Position numbers and translations under genes: made by a program. DNA of 64,000 nucleotides, taken from positions 124,001 through 188,000 of the forward strand of contig JAQGDQ010002388.1 in assembly GCA_030141605.1 (NCBI GenBank), in the 5' to 3' direction. A model generated the notes under the pieces. The model made no database searches. It was given only the letters and a program-made list of their open reading frames with translations, and was not told the origin of the DNA. Shown piece by piece: positions 63,526 to 64,000 of this stretch (its first letter is position 1; each line of letters opens with the position of its first letter). The DNA is from Tubiluchus corallicola. Its lineage: Eukaryota > Animalia > Priapulida.

Positions 63526-64000
63526 TTATGCATTTCCTCTCATTCCTGTGAGCCATGAAGAAAAAGAAGTAACTTTCGTTGCTAAAGTATGCTGACAAAT
63601 AAAGTCTGGTGATGGTGAAAACAAAACATCAGGTAAAACAGGCGCAACAACCCAGCAATCTTCCATGATCTCATGCTCAAGCTGCTCTTTTCCCCAAGCA
63701 GTATATCCTAGAAAAACTTTATAATGGCCAGACTCCAAGCGCCCTGAAGCAATTGCTTCTAATGCGGCATGAGATAAAGAAAGAAATACATTATCATTAA
63801 TCTGTATCGTCGTCTCATCTTCATAATCAGAATCATGAAGCACCATCCCCCGTTCCAAGTCTACAGGGCCTCCGACCCAAACCACAGAAGAAGAAGGAGA
63901 AAAATGCTCGCTATTGATATCCATTTCTTCTAACAGCCGCTCTATTGTAATATCATCCGAAGAGCAACTTAAAAGAAGGCCCATAGCACCATTTGGGTTG
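63526..64000 (-). CDS. yqgE: YqgE/AlgH-family protein (5' part beyond window end)
   Basis: GAMGL, V.VGGPV...RG.VLH, LGYTAW...QLE.EI..D.W, terminal GNA. Confidence 0.88.
   Translation of the reverse strand, partial: NPNGAMGLLLSCSSDDITIERLLEEMDINSEHFSPSSSVVWVGGPVDLERGMVLHDSDYEDETTIQINDNVFLSLSHAALEAIASGRLESGHYKVFLGYTAWGKEQLEHEIMEDCWVVAPVLPDVLFSPSPDFICQHTLATKVTSFSSWLTGMRGNA

Overview
Chromosomal window from an AT-rich alphaproteobacterium (lpxI instead of lpxH, alpha-type XerC, DUF1150, tandem-SH3 and heparinase II/III-like genes). It is mostly housekeeping: ilvB'-ilvN-ilvC, xerC, ffs-dnaX, uvrA/ssb, tRNA-Thr, the rpsB-tsf-pyrH-frr-uppS-cdsA-dxr-rseP-bamA-skp-lpxD-fabZ-lpxA-lpxI cluster, grpE-dnaK-dnaJ, rdgB-hemW, rpoH and rnhA-thrC-M16. 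The main large-scale signal is a strand-composition flip at about 35.7 kb (+ strand G/T-rich before, C/A-rich after, whatever the gene orientation). A dif-like ATAA-N6-TTATG site lies exactly there, so the replication terminus appears to sit between bamA and skp. Accessory content includes a GT2 gene preceded by its own frameshifted, internally deleted copy; an enterobacterial-type uxaA; a 771-aa ankyrin-repeat putative lipoprotein followed by a dehydrogenase coupled to a catalytically dead PAS-GGDEF protein; and a sugar ABC cluster with a duplicated, pocket-altered binding protein and a minimal GH32. Several conserved proteins keep intact frames but have lost signature motifs, and several usual neighbours (hrcA, rph, lpxB, ybaB-recR) are missing from their loci, suggesting a host-associated, eroding genome. 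I found no CRISPR array, prophage, IS or rRNA. No new multi-gene system is proven; the best candidates are the ankyrin/dehydrogenase/dead-GGDEF module and the sugar ABC cluster. All family calls come from motif recognition by eye; no searches were run.
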